Shown: in pieces, positions 1-11,024 of the stretch
How positions within the stretch are numbered: the first letter of the stretch is position 1
How the letters are laid out: the number at the start of each line of letters is the position of its first letter
Assembly (NCBI GenBank): GCA_963749495.1
Contig: CAVVMW010000007.1
Coordinates: forward strand, 1-64,000
DNA length: 64,000 nucleotides
Reading direction: 5' to 3'
DNA from: an uncultured bacterium
GTDB lineage: Bacteria > Verrucomicrobiota > Verrucomicrobiia > Limisphaerales > UBA8199
The notes under the pieces: generated by a model
What the model saw: only the letters and a program-made list of their open reading frames with translations
Database searches by the model: none
Told to the model about the DNA's origin: nothing
Translations under genes and position numbers: made by a program

Positions 1-2105
1 CAAAGAAGGCGTCGTGGTGCCAGGCCCCCTCGAACCGCATCGCCCGCAGGACGAGGGCCTGGGCGACGAAGCAGGTCGAGGTGTTTGCCCGGCGATAGGC
101 CTCGCTGCGGAACTCTTCGGGGACCCATTTATCGGGAGGCAGATGTTCGTAGGGACCCCAGGGATTGCCCGCCCTGACGAAGTCGCGCCCAATGCCGGTA
201 ACCTGGTCGATGCCCGAATGGCCGGTGAAGACGACCTTGGCGCCGGTCCAGCAATCGCCGTAGGCAGTCTGTTCGTCTTCGCCGAAGTGGGCCTGGGGAA
301 AGCTCCGGTTGATGTTGGCCATGGCCTCGTCGCCGAGCATGGCGCCGGCGAAGACGATGGGGAACTTGCGTCCGGACCCGTGGCCGCCGTGGGCGGCCCA
401 GCCGGGATGGCCGTGGCGCACCAGGCTGTAATGGTTGATGCCGATCTGAACGACGTTGATCAGCAGGAGTTCCTTGTCCTCGGGCCGGTGCCGGCGCAGC
501 AGGCCAGGAGGACGGCGTCGGCAAGGACTTGGGCATACGCCTGGGCGTAATTGGGCATGCTCTCCTGGGGCACGTCGAAGGAGAAGAAACCCGCGTCGCA
601 CCAGGGCCGCTGGATGAGTTCGGCGAACCTGGCGGGGTCCGGAGCTTCCTTGGGCTGGTCGAAGCGCGGCAGCAGTTCGCGTTTAAGGTGGCGGGCCAGA
701 AAAATCCCGGGGTCGTGGCCACAATAGCCTGGACGAAAGGCATCGGCCGGCAGCGGCTCCGCGACGCAGGTGAGCACGGCGACGACCTTGACTGGGCTGT
801 TGTCGCCCTCGCCGCGCACCGTCCCGGGGTGATAGGTATAGGTCACCTTTTCGCCCCGGCGGAGGCTGATGCTGGAGGCGAGGCTGTCGCCCGGCTGCAT
901 AGCAATGGGCAGGCGCGCCCGATGCTCGGGATGATAATAATTCAGGACGCCGGAATCCCAGGCCACCTCCAGCCGCGCTGGCGCGTTGAGCATCGAGCCG
1001 TTCCGACAACGTTGTTCGAGAGGGACCTTCTCGCGGCCATCGAGCTCATCGTCGGTGACCTCGCTGCCATAGCGCGGCGCCGGGTCAATCCTGATCACAT
1101 TCACCGGCCCGACCACGTACCAGTCGCCGTTGATAAACTGTCCCACGCGGGCCGGTTTTTCGAAGGTCCACGTGATGCCGTATTGCGACACGGCTGTTTT
1201 CAGCGGCAAGGCTTCCGAACTCGGTTGCGCCAAGTCCTTTCTCAACTGTTCCAGGCCGCGCAGGTTCTGGCCCAGCGTAACCTCCGCATCGCCGCCTTGC
1301 TCGGCGATGAGGCCGATGGGGCCGCGCCAACCGCTTTGTTGGATCGTCCGCAACATCGCCAGCTCGTGGTCACCTTGCGACGGCGGGATCAGGCGCTCAT
1401 CGGCCACCATACCGGTCACGTTCACCGCCACGACGTACCGCTGGATGCGCTTCCAGATGGCCGGGAAATTCGCAACGTCCGCGTGACCGTGGCTGAAGTT
1501 GTACACCATCCCCACGCCGCCTACGTCGAGCTGTTTCAGGCGCTCGATGACGGCGGCTTCGTTGTCCGGTTGGCCGAACCAACCATTGTGGTTGTACAGC
1601 TCGACGGGGCAACCGTAAGGCGCGGCCAGCTCCACGATTTTGCGAATCCGCTCCGCCTCCTGCCCGATCCGCTGTCGTTGCTCCGCGTCTGTTTTGGTGG
1701 GACTGCCGGAGCCATGACCCACAACTGGGGATGGATGGTATGACGCTTGATCACTTCAAGGATAAGGCGCGCGTTCGGGTCCCCGGCCTCCGTCGGGAAC
1801 CACCAGGCCACCAGGTTGATGCCGTGTTTCTTGAGCGCCTCGATCTCGGCGTCAAACGTCGGCACATGCTCGGCACGCCAATCGTAGGCGAAACTCCTGA
1901 AGCCGAGCCGCTGCAGCATCTCGGCCCGCTGCTCGGGCCCGCGCTTGCGGGCATCGAATGGCACCACGCACCAGGCCGTGAGGTTTTGGGGATCGAGGAG
2001 GTCCGGCAGGCCGGCTGAGTCAGCCGGAGCGCCAACCGGCGCGGCCGGACCCTGGATGGCTACAACGACAAGGCAGGCCGCGGACAGGAGAAGATATGGT
2101 TTCAT
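1..2105 (-). pseudogene. Secreted sugar-phosphate isomerase/xylose-isomerase-like TIM-barrel protein fused to a second domain; two frameshifts (near 1715 and 485); runs off the window start
   Basis: Signal peptide MKPYLLLSAACLVVVA, then FAYDWR, LYNHNGWFG, VYNFSHGH motifs split across ORFs 1536-2105 and 460-1722; coding continues in another frame to position 1. Confidence 0.6.
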
Positions 2106-2218
2106 TTCACCTCAGACACGCTCTCAGGTTCATGAGATATGCGTTTTATGATAGTTCGCGACCATTGAACAGACATTTCAGTGACGCTTCCCCTTCCGAG
2201 AGCACGGTGATCGCCCCC

Positions 2219-4912
2219 TTAATTCGCGGCCGGCGTCAATTCAACGAACTCGACGGCGCCGGGCCCCAATTCCACATCGACAACGGCCGGATTATCGTGG
2301 GTCCTCAAAGCGCGCCATTCCCGGGCGGACTGGCAAGGCATCTGCGGTCTCACACGCACGCGAGCAACGGCGGCGGCGTCTGTCACCGCCGGCTCGCCCG
2401 GTTTCTTGGTCACTCCCGCATTGTTGACGAGCTCGATCACCCATCCGTGTGGAGTTCGGTTGATCTGGAACTGGACCGGGTCGCCCGACACCTCGACGGG
2501 AAGATGCTGCTGCACCAGGCTCCGGAGCCGGTCGTTCGAGACGGCGGCGGGCCGGCGCGTTACCGGGTTGGTCCACGGTTCGAGCACTTCCACAGCCCCT
2601 TGGCCACTGAGACGGCGAAACTCGGCTGCGCCCAAGACCTCGCGATGGCGGGGCGACAAGAGGAGCCGGCTGCCTCGGCGAAGAGCATTATCCAACTCGC
2701 TTAAGAAGGCCGTGTCGAATTCGATGTCCCCCGCCAGCAGTATCACCGGGTAGCTCGCCAGGATCCCCGGCGGAACACTGGTGAGCAGGACATCGAACAC
2801 CTCACCGTAGGGTGTTGGCCGCAGGTAACTGAATTCAGGGTTGTTGGGGAACGGGTTGGTGTGAATGTGGTCGCTGCCTGGGAATAATTGGAAGTCGAAC
2901 AAGTCGCAGACCTCCCGGTCGCCGGCCGTGGGCTCGAGGATGCCCCACGGTTTGTCCATATAAGCGTTGTAGCCGGCCAAGTGGTCCAGGACTATGGCGA
3001 TCGGCATATAAGGCACGCCCCGGTCGTGGTGGCGCATAAAGTCGAAGACCTCGACGGCCTTGCGGCCATGCGAGGTCAGCGTCCATGGCGGCTCAGGCTT
3101 TTCGAAGAAGCTCGCGATGCTGTTCTCCGGGGTGACCATGGCGGCCCCGGCAAACCAGCCGTGCAACCACATTCGCTCGTAAAAGCTCAGCGAATGGCCC
3201 GCGTCCAGGCCGCGGGCGCCGCCGCCTTCGTTCCGCAACGGGCCGCTGGTCGTGCAGGCCCCGGAAAGCCACGGGCTTACCTGCACGGACCAGGGCTTCT
3301 GCCATTGCCGGGAGGCGCCGCGGGCAAACGCGAGTTTCGACTGGGTGAAGGCAATGTTCTCGCCCACCTCCAACCCGATGCACCGGGCGCCCCATTCTCC
3401 GGCATAGGCTTCGTAATGCGAATGGCCCGTCACGCTGATCACCCGCCCCAAAAGGTCGCGCTGCCGGCTCTGGAAATAATCCCGCATCACCTCGTAGCAC
3501 TCCCTGCGACCGGCGGGGCGGCGGTCGTAGCCGGCCAGGCCCTTGGGTTTCATCAGGTGCTTGAACGCGTCGAAGTCCCGGCCAAAAACCTCGCGCCACC
3601 AGGATTCGTTGTTGGCCAGGTTGTGGAAGTAGTAGCCCCATTCGCCCAGTTGCACCGCGGTAAAGAGTCCCGCCCGATCCATGGCCTCCAGCAACGCCAG
3701 GTTCTCGGGGCCCAGCACGGCATGTCCGCCTTTGATCTGCATTTCGCCGCCGGAATAAGAGACGACCGGCCAGCCCACGGTGGCGAGGTAATCGAAAATG
3801 GGCTTGGAGGCCGGGCCGGTGCCCGGCCCGGGATCGAAGCCGTTGCCGATTCGCCGCTCACGCATCACACCGACCAACTGCCGAAGCGTTTCCAGGTCAC
3901 CGGGCGCACCATACATGCTGAAGACGAACTCGTGCTGGCCGGGCAAGAGACGGACCTGCTGAGGGCCTTCGGCGAGCGTCCGAAAGTCCGGAAACGGGAG
4001 GCTCGCCCCCGGAGCCGTGGGCAGGCCTGGTGATCCGGCGGCCTTCAGGGACTTGGTTTGCACTCCCGCAACGGGCCCCCAAATCGTCTGCATCAGGTCA
4101 AAGATTTCCGGCTCTGCGGTCATGAGTTCGGCGCGGTTGAAGGGGAAGAAGTCGTTCAGGCCGAAGTAGGCCTCGGTCATCTCCGCGAAGAATTCCTTGT
4201 GGTCGGTCAGCGCATAGTGGCGGGTGCGGGTTCCGTCATACAGCAGCGTGCCCTCACCGTGGCCGCTCCGCTTGAAGTCTTCGTAGGCTTTCAGGATGCC
4301 GGGCTCCTCGAAGCCCAGCACCTGGTCGTGATAGGCATGGGCCAGTTCGTGCAAGACAACCCACGGCTGCTGGTTGATATTCCGCGGCGTGGGCAAATCG
4401 GCGGCCACCGGAACGTGAACGCATTTGGCGAGGTTGGTCGAGTAGCCGTTATCCCGCAGCCACTCGGCGCTGGGGTGATACTGCATCGTGCGCAGCTTGC
4501 CGTGGCTCAGATCGAGCACGATGGTCACCGCCTGGAGCTTTTTCAACGGCTCCGCGGCCATCACCGCCTTGATGTCGGCCAGCCTGGACTGCAGGAAGCG
4601 GAGCGCCCGCGCGCCGATGGCATCGTCGGGAGGGGCCAGCAGCCGATCATCCACTTGAACCGTCCAACCTTCGACATTGCGCACGGTATGCGACACCGGC
4701 ATGGCCGGCTCAGAATCCGGAAGCGCTCGCCCTCCCTCGACAAGCTCGTCTTCGAGGCGGCCGCGCGAAAGATCCTGCTCGCTGAGGTGCGGACGTTCGT
4801 CGCCGGAGCCGGGCTGCGCCAACTCCTGGGCGGCAAGAGCCATGGTGACGAGACAGGCCGCCATGGTGAAGGTCATCCGGGGCCCGGCAAAAAAAGAACC
4901 GGTCGGGTTCAT
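2219..4912 (-). CDS. Multidomain secreted protein: zincin metallopeptidase (HELAH...EFFAE) plus glycoside-hydrolase-like domain
   Basis: HELAHAYHD and YALTDHKEFFAEMTEAYFG motifs in a long uninterrupted ORF; start uncertain. Confidence 0.65.
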   Translation of the reverse strand: MNPTGSFFAGPRMTFTMAACLVTMALAAQELAQPGSGDERPHLSEQDLSRGRLEDELVEGGRALPDSEPAMPVSHTVRNVEGWTVQVDDRLLAPPDDAIGARALRFLQSRLADIKAVMAAEPLKKLQAVTIVLDLSHGKLRTMQYHPSAEWLRDNGYSTNLAKCVHVPVAADLPTPRNINQQPWVVLHELAHAYHDQVLGFEEPGILKAYEDFKRSGHGEGTLLYDGTRTRHYALTDHKEFFAEMTEAYFGLNDFFPFNRAELMTAEPEIFDLMQTIWGPVAGVQTKSLKAAGSPGLPTAPGASLPFPDFRTLAEGPQQVRLLPGQHEFVFSMYGAPGDLETLRQLVGVMRERRIGNGFDPGPGTGPASKPIFDYLATVGWPVVSYSGGEMQIKGGHAVLGPENLALLEAMDRAGLFTAVQLGEWGYYFHNLANNESWWREVFGRDFDAFKHLMKPKGLAGYDRRPAGRRECYEVMRDYFQSRQRDLLGRVISVTGHSHYEAYAGEWGARCIGLEVGENIAFTQSKLAFARGASRQWQKPWSVQVSPWLSGACTTSGPLRNEGGGARGLDAGHSLSFYERMWLHGWFAGAAMVTPENSIASFFEKPEPPWTLTSHGRKAVEVFDFMRHHDRGVPYMPIAIVLDHLAGYNAYMDKPWGILEPTAGDREVCDLFDFQLFPGSDHIHTNPFPNNPEFSYLRPTPYGEVFDVLLTSVPPGILASYPVILLAGDIEFDTAFLSELDNALRRGSRLLLSPRHREVLGAAEFRRLSGQGAVEVLEPWTNPVTRRPAAVSNDRLRSLVQQHLPVEVSGDPVQFQINRTPHGWVIELVNNAGVTKKPGEPAVTDAAAVARVRVRPQMPCQSAREWRALRTHDNPAVVDVELGPGAVEFVELTPAAN

Positions 4913-4999
4913 CCGCAAGGCACTCAACTGCAGTGTTTGCCGCAAAAGCTCTGAATCAACCTGCACTCCTCAAGGGCTCTTCCCGAGCGCTCCAGGTCA

Positions 5000-5545
5000 G
5001 CGCAGTGTTTTGACAGCAATAGATCGAAATTATCGCAGAGCCTACTGTGAACGCCCCCAACGTCCTCGCCTTTCAGGCCGTCTCGCGCCCAGGCGACCAA
5101 GGTGGTGGCGTGTCGTGCTGTCAATTCGCTGGCGACGTGAACAACGGATAGATTCTTTACTGTGCTGCTGCGTTTACTCTTCTTGTAAAACCGCTCGTAC
5201 GTCGTCCCACCCGGGCACAGCGGATTATTGGCGCAATTGAGGCCCGCTTTGAGGTCCTCCTTCTGGAGCGCTTTGCAGAGCAGCTCCTTGAAGCATGACC
5301 AGACCTTGTTCGGCAGATCCCGCGTCCAGTGGCACGGACCGACTCAGGTCTATCGCGTCAACCGCCGCAAAGGCGTAATCCCGCGAACTCCCTTGTCGCT
5401 CAAACGCGTACGCGCGCAGAAAGAGCCGGAGAGATGACCATGGATCCGTTTCGTAGCCCGAACTGTCTTCCCATGCCGGACGCATGAAGCACTCGACATA
5501 GAGGCTCGCTATTCTCTCAAAGGCGTCCAGCATGGTTCCTCGCAT
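5000..5545 (-). pseudogene. Fragmented hypothetical protein
   Basis: ORF 5225-5545 (YAFERQG motif) appears to continue in other frames. Confidence 0.3.
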
Positions 5546-5574
5546 CGGTTGATCTGGGGTTTACCGCCCGCGGC

Positions 5575-6039
5575 CTAGGATCCCTCCTCCGGGAGTTCCT
5601 CTACCCAGCGCTGCCAGATTTGACCGAGGACCCGCACGGTGTCGGGCAACAGACGGAGCGGTTCCTCCACCATTTCCCACGCCACCTCGTGGCCGTAGCC
5701 ATGTGCAAATCGGTGGCGAAAGCGCAGGTACTTCCTGAGGCGGTCCGCCAATTCCGGCCTCAACGCCGCACCCAGGCCTTCGGCAGCCAAGAAGTCCTCG
5801 AGGACACGGACGTGGGATTCAGGCCCACCAGGTGGCCGGACTGCAAGGTAGGCATAGCGTCGCCGGCACAGGTTTTCCAGGCCCGTGGACAGGTCCGCCA
5901 CGTATTTCGCGCCAGCCGCCGCGTGCCAGGGCTTGAAGTCCTCCCTGGCGGCAGCCAGCAGCGGTGTCACGACCTCCGAGACCCGTTGCAGGCGGGTCAG
6001 TTCCAAAGCGATGGCCCCGGCCAAGTCAGCCCTCTTCAT
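5575..6039 (-). CDS. HEPN (HepT-like) ribonuclease toxin
   Basis: RHRFAHGY fits the RX4HXY motif; directly downstream of an MNT gene. Confidence 0.8.
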   Translation of the reverse strand: MKRADLAGAIALELTRLQRVSEVVTPLLAAAREDFKPWHAAAGAKYVADLSTGLENLCRRRYAYLAVRPPGGPESHVRVLEDFLAAEGLGAALRPELADRLRKYLRFRHRFAHGYGHEVAWEMVEEPLRLLPDTVRVLGQIWQRWVEELPEEGS

Positions 6040-6304
6040 AAAGCACCCTGGCCTCGGCCTGGATGAGATCGAAAAATGCCGGGTCCTCTTCGCGGCTCAC
6101 CAGATCGAAAGAGCGCCGTAAGAGCTTGTAAAGGGCCAGGTCCGCGTCCAGCAGGCGGCGCAGCGGAATACCCTGCACGGCAAGGTCAATGTCGCGGGCG
6201 GCCTCGGGAGTATGCAAATAGCTGCCGAACAGCAGCACGCGTCGGGCTCCGTAGCTGCGCAGCGTTCGCACTGCGGCCTCCAACTGCGCGTCGGCTTCTT
6301 TCAT
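6026..6304 (-). CDS. Minimal nucleotidyltransferase (MNT) antitoxin
   Basis: 92 aa with LFGS...DIDLAV motif; overlaps the HEPN gene start. Confidence 0.85.
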   Translation of the reverse strand: MKEADAQLEAAVRTLRSYGARRVLLFGSYLHTPEAARDIDLAVQGIPLRRLLDADLALYKLLRRSFDLVSREEDPAFFDLIQAEARVLYEEG

Positions 6305-6636
6305 TTCCGCGCAAAGTAGCACAGCTCGCCGCCGCTTTGAAAGGCCAATTTCTTCGCGGTCACTGCACGGCACTTGCTCCACAAGTGCAGGATGGCATCC
6401 CCGCCAAAAGGTGCTCTCAAAGTCCGTTGGCCGCCACCAAGGACCGGTTCGGCGTGCGTGAGAGTCCCTTCGGCTGCATACAGCCATTCCACGTTCATCT
6501 GCCCCGACGCAGGCCCAAGGTCCACTGTCACCTCTCCTCCCTGAGGCAGATAGACCAAGTACTCCCTGCCCGGATCGGCCAGGCAAAACCCGGTGGAGGC
6601 GACTTCGCCATGCGGCCGCATGGAAGCCAGATTCAT
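6301..6636 (-). pseudogene. C-terminal beta-sandwich (putative collagen-binding-like) gene fragment truncated by IS66
   Basis: STGFCLADPGREYLVYLPQGGEVTVDL; the 5' part ends at the IS terminal repeat. Confidence 0.55.
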
Positions 6637-6663
6637 GTAACCGTTCACACCTCAAGTCGTCAG

Positions 6664-8118
6664 TCAGGAGGAATCGGCTAATAGGGAAGGAACCGGCTGT
6701 CCTTTGAACCAAGCGCTCAGGGCCTGACAAATCCAATCAAAGGGGGAGCGATGCTGTAGCGAGCAGGTAGCCAGCACGGTCCAGAGTCGCTCACAAAACT
6801 GCCGCCCTCGGGCGCTACGGGTGCCTTGGGTCATGTGCCGATCCATCACCACAAAGCGCATGGCCTGTTCCGACACATTGTTGGTGGGTTCGATGCCCGG
6901 GGTGGTGATGAATTGAAAGTAGGCTTCACCATGGCGGTAAAATCGCTCGGCCATGTTCCATATCAACCGGTGAAAGGGGCCGCCCGAACCCGACAGGGCG
7001 GCGCGCCAGATTTGGTCGTGGGCGGCGGCCAGCTCCGACTCGAAGGCGCGGGCACTCAGTTGGTCCCTGCGGTGCAGCGTCCAGAACAGGGCCTTGAGGC
7101 CCGCCAACAACCCTTTGCCATAGCGTTGGACGCCGGGCTCGGGGAATTCGCACAGGAATTTGACGTCCCGGATCAAGTGCGCCATACAGAACTGGACCAG
7201 GACCGAGCATTGGCGGGCGTATTTGCGGTAGGCGGCATAATAGTCGCAGCCCAGAATGCCCTGGAACTCTTGGCCCAGCAGGCGCTCGAGAACCTCAGCG
7301 CCGCGCGAGGCCTCGATTTTGAAGACGACAAACTGGCTCGCGCGGAAGCACCAGGTCCAGAACCGGTGTCCGTTGTCTTTGTGTCCGGTTTCATCGCAGT
7401 TGAGGTGGCTCTGCCGCGGTAACAAGGCCAGTAGCTGGCCGTAGGGTGCGGCGAAGGCCTGAGTGGCCTTGTGGCAGAGTTTGGCCAGATAGCCCCGCGA
7501 GACCGACACGCCGACCACCTCGCCCAGAAAATCCCGGATCCCACTGTAAGAACCGTGCAGCCGGCCCTTGAGATAAGTGACCAGGGCGGTCAAGCGGGGG
7601 CCGAACAGTCCGGCCTGGACGATGGGCCCGGGCAAAGGGGCCTGGTGATAGCAGCCGCAGTCCTGACACCAAATGCTGTAAGCCGTATACTCGACCACTC
7701 GGAACGGTTTTTCCACCAACTCGACCTGTTGGATCGTGCGTTGGTGCTCCGGCCCTTCCGCCGGGCTAATCCGGTGGGAGGGATCAACCGGACATTGTTT
7801 GAGGCGGAAGGGGATCCGCTGATCAACTTGATCGGGAGCAAAGGCGGGCCGCTGGTGTTGGGGATGTCCCTTTTGCCCGCCGATGCGTCGCTTGGACTTT
7901 TTCTGGCGCCGCTGCCCATTGGGTTTGACGATGTCGCTGGAGGGCGGTTTGGAGGAGTTCCCCGAATGCTTGCGGGCGGCGGCCAGTTGATTCATGAGCC
8001 GGGCGTTTTCGGCTTGGAGTTGGGCCACCCGCGACTCCAGGCGCGCCTTGTCCTGGCGGAGTTGGGCATTTTCCTCCTCCAACTGGCGCAGTCGTTTTTT
8101 TCCGATGAACCAGCCCAT
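6664..8118 (-). CDS. IS66-family transposase
   Basis: Coiled coil, NSSKPPSSD, zinc finger, DETG, QFCMAHLIRD, PTNNVSEQAMR motifs. Confidence 0.92.
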   Translation of the reverse strand: MGWFIGKKRLRQLEEENAQLRQDKARLESRVAQLQAENARLMNQLAAARKHSGNSSKPPSSDIVKPNGQRRQKKSKRRIGGQKGHPQHQRPAFAPDQVDQRIPFRLKQCPVDPSHRISPAEGPEHQRTIQQVELVEKPFRVVEYTAYSIWCQDCGCYHQAPLPGPIVQAGLFGPRLTALVTYLKGRLHGSYSGIRDFLGEVVGVSVSRGYLAKLCHKATQAFAAPYGQLLALLPRQSHLNCDETGHKDNGHRFWTWCFRASQFVVFKIEASRGAEVLERLLGQEFQGILGCDYYAAYRKYARQCSVLVQFCMAHLIRDVKFLCEFPEPGVQRYGKGLLAGLKALFWTLHRRDQLSARAFESELAAAHDQIWRAALSGSGGPFHRLIWNMAERFYRHGEAYFQFITTPGIEPTNNVSEQAMRFVVMDRHMTQGTRSARGRQFCERLWTVLATCSLQHRSPFDWICQALSAWFKGQPVPSLLADSS

Positions 8119-8120
8119 GG

Positions 8121-9020
8121 CTATTGTTCCTGGCAGAGGAAGGACCGGAAATCCTCTCGCAACGGGCGCAGCCAGATCGTTTTGATGGGGGCGGCCTGGT
8201 CGTGAGTCCGATCATTGCGGCCTCGTCCCAGGGTTTGCCCCACGCAAATCCAACTGGCCGCCGCGTAGGCTGTCCCGGCAAAGCGCCGCTTTTCCACAAA
8301 CGTTTCGACCAGAGCCAGATCATGACCGTAAACCCTTGACCAATCGCCCGGAAGCTGGCGCACGGTCCGGCCCAATAGATGCGAAGCCAGGCACTTGATT
8401 TGAACCCAGGGAAGAATCACGAAGCGGTCATTGTTGACCACCCACCGAAGGTTTTGCTGCCGGGCTTGCGCCGACCAACCAATGAACTGATCGCGGGCCC
8501 CGATCTTCCAGGCGGCCGGACCAAAGCTCAGGCAGGCAATCGGCCGGTCCTGGAAGTAAGCAATATATCTGAGTTGCGCTCCAGTGGCCTGTTGATAGCC
8601 CAGGTAGTGATACGTTCCGACCAGTCCACGGTAGAGGGCCAACTGGTTGGATTCCTGGACTAACTGAATGCCAATCTGGTTTTGGAACTCTCGCAGCCTG
8701 CCCGTCAACGGCCTGCAATCCAGGAGATCGGGTGTCGAGGTTCGATTGCGATAACCTGCTCGTCGAGCCTCACGGAGTTTGGGAGGCAACTCGATCAGCC
8801 CGCGCGCTTCCAGCCGACGGAGCAGGTCGCGACAGGCAATCTGACGAAAGCGCCCACTGGCTTGTCGCCAGTTCCAAATCTCGCAGAGGCGATTGGAAAT
8901 ATGGCTGCGTCCCTGGGATCCCTCCTGCTCAATCAACTGTTGGATGAGCAGCAGGTCGGCTTGCCGAATAACCCGGCGCCTAATCACTAAATCCTGGTCC
9001 ACAGCCACGCACCCTAACAA
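8121..9020 (-). CDS. DUF4338 (DruA-like) protein within IS
   Basis: YHYLGY, RDQFIGW, NNDRFVILPWV, LVETFVE, GTAYAAASW..VGQTLGRGRND motifs. Confidence 0.8.
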   Translation of the reverse strand: MLGCVAVDQDLVIRRRVIRQADLLLIQQLIEQEGSQGRSHISNRLCEIWNWRQASGRFRQIACRDLLRRLEARGLIELPPKLREARRAGYRNRTSTPDLLDCRPLTGRLREFQNQIGIQLVQESNQLALYRGLVGTYHYLGYQQATGAQLRYIAYFQDRPIACLSFGPAAWKIGARDQFIGWSAQARQQNLRWVVNNDRFVILPWVQIKCLASHLLGRTVRQLPGDWSRVYGHDLALVETFVEKRRFAGTAYAAASWICVGQTLGRGRNDRTHDQAAPIKTIWLRPLREDFRSFLCQEQ

Positions 9021-9099
9021 GGGTCGCTCTGTGACGCCAGCAAAATCTACGGTCTGCTCAGATCATGTGCTCAAGCGATGCGTCGAAACCCGTGAACGG

Positions 9100-9861
9100 T
9101 TACTCCTTTTTCAAGAACTCCAGTAGTGCCCAGGTGACGGCCGTTCCCCAGGCGGTGAGTCTGGCGCCGCCGATCAGCCAACCGCGTGCGCCACACTCCC
9201 TCCGTTCGTCCTCCCGGTAGGGGCGCGGCCGGATCTCAATGAGGCCCAATTGCTGCTGCACGAACAGGTTCCAGGGAGGAATCTCGCCGTGGATTCCCAG
9301 CCTGGACGTGGAATCGTAGAGATCAAAATTCCGCCAACGGTCGCTCAGTTGGCCCAGGAATATCGGCACCGTTTCAACGGCCGGCTCCTCGACCCGCCTG
9401 CGCTCACCGCCCAGCACCGATGATTGCGCCTGGAACAGCAGGGCCTCAAGCAGGGCAAAGTACTGCTCGGTGGGGTTCAAGTTTGGCCAGAATTCCAGGG
9501 CCATGGGGCCCGGAACCAGGCGTTTGCCCTTCACCTCAACCAAGTCCATCACCCGGAGGAGGATAAAGAGCCCCGCCAGGTTCGGGTAATCCTGGAGCAA
9601 GGCGCGTCTCAAGGCCAGCTTGATGGGATGGCCGACTTTGGCGTTGAGTTCTGGCAGTCGGTCGGCCGGAAACGTTGCGTTGCGGCCCTGGGTGACGATG
9701 CCCCGAGGGCCAACAAACTCAAGCAACATGCCGATGTCCTTCAGAATCGTGCCGGGATTCCCCGGCACGATATGGTGTTCGGTCAGCCGTCGCTGACATT
9801 CCTCAGCCAAGCTCTGCCACCGTTCCCTGGCCCTGCTATCAAAGGAGTAGAGATGAAACAT
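9100..9861 (-). pseudogene. Hypothetical protein, 3'-truncated by IS66
   Basis: Stop codon is supplied by the IS end. Confidence 0.5.
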
Positions 9862-9863
9862 TG

Positions 9864-10127
9864 CTACCCATTCCCCTTATAGGTTGAGGACCAGCCAAAG
9901 AGCGCCCGCAGGCGTTGCGCGGGGTTGAATTTGAACACGCAGGTCGGGCCTCCCGGTCTCAGGTAGAAACCGCCCAGGCCGGGCAGGGTGACCTTTTGGC
10001 CTTTTTTGAAACATTGGTAAAGGCTCTCGATCATGGCGTCCAGCCAGGCGGAAGCGGTCTGCTCGTCGCTCTTCATTCGCCTGGCCAGCAGCTTGGCCAG
10101 ATCGGCTTTCTCGATACGGTCTTTCAT
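9864..10127 (-). CDS. HU/IHF-like DNA-binding protein
   Basis: KADLAKLLA...KVTLPGLGGF...FKFNPAQRLR; shortened arm. Confidence 0.75.
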   Translation of the reverse strand: MKDRIEKADLAKLLARRMKSDEQTASAWLDAMIESLYQCFKKGQKVTLPGLGGFYLRPGGPTCVFKFNPAQRLRALFGWSSTYKGNG

Positions 10128-10200
10128 TGTCAGGTGTCTCTTCGTTACCGAACGCCGGGCTTGCGGCAAGGGGCCGTGCGAGGGGAGGCGCTCGTGCCGT

Positions 10201-10836
10201 TTACTCCCCGAAATCCGACCGACGCTCGGGTGGCCGCTCAGCGTTCTGGCTCCGCTTTGCCTCCCGGCGCCAGAATCTCGCCATGTCCATGATGGCCGGG
10301 GCGGAGGCGCGGACAAGCCCAAAGGGCGAACGGGAATCGAAACGTTCCGCGTAGTCTTTGGCCGCCTGATAGGCCCAAAAGGCCGCTTCATGGGGGGAGA
10401 GGATACAGCGAAGGGCCTCTTCAACCACCAGCAGGCGCTTGCTCTTGATGAGGCGTACCGGCCCCCAGCGCGACTTCTTGTATTCATTCTGGAACTCCTC
10501 CAATTGCCTCAGCAGGTCCCATAGAGGTGATTCAATTGCGCGGCGGCGGGTTGGCCGGTGGACTGCCAGCATCTTCCGAGAAAGGGAGAGCAGACGCCTC
10601 TCCTGAGGGGAAATACGGCCCTGCATACGCGAGGGGCCGCCCGCGAGGTTGACCAGGTAGCGGGCAAAGCTGGCGGCCACTTTGTGGTTGGCGCAAACCG
10701 TTTTGAGGCAGGTGAGGCGCGTGACGGAGAAGCTCTCACCGCGTTTGAGCTCGGGGGCGAGTTGGCTCAGCCGGTCGCAGACTTTGACCAGCTTGGCGGC
10801 CTCGGCGGGTGGTGCGTTCTTCACGTGCGGAATCAT
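10201..10836 (-). CDS. Hypothetical protein
   Basis: Intact ORF co-oriented with the HU-like gene. Confidence 0.5.
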   Translation of the reverse strand: MIPHVKNAPPAEAAKLVKVCDRLSQLAPELKRGESFSVTRLTCLKTVCANHKVAASFARYLVNLAGGPSRMQGRISPQERRLLSLSRKMLAVHRPTRRRAIESPLWDLLRQLEEFQNEYKKSRWGPVRLIKSKRLLVVEEALRCILSPHEAAFWAYQAAKDYAERFDSRSPFGLVRASAPAIMDMARFWRREAKRSQNAERPPERRSDFGE

Positions 10837-11024
10837 GGCGCTTGCTGCAGTGTTATTCAAGCGAGGGAGCGCAGAGCGAGCCATCAACACCGTGCTTCTC
10901 GACCTAATTCGTGGGCTTCAGCGCGCCCCAGTCCCTTCCGACTCCTGCAACGCTGGCTGAACGGTGACCGGCTGAATTCCGCGTTGATTCCCCCTCTTGG
11001 GATTCACCCGCCAAACAAACAGCC

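Larger units (their letters stand above)
6637..9103 (-). mobile_element. IS66-family element with DUF4338 gene and transposase
   Basis: Perfect 12-bp terminal inverted repeats GTAACCGTTCAC (6637-6648) / GTGAACGGTTAC (9092-9103); no target duplication. Confidence 0.85.

Noticed and set aside
8121..9020. Druantia defence system
   Set aside because: A lone DUF4338 gene inside IS ends; no DruE helicase or other dru genes.
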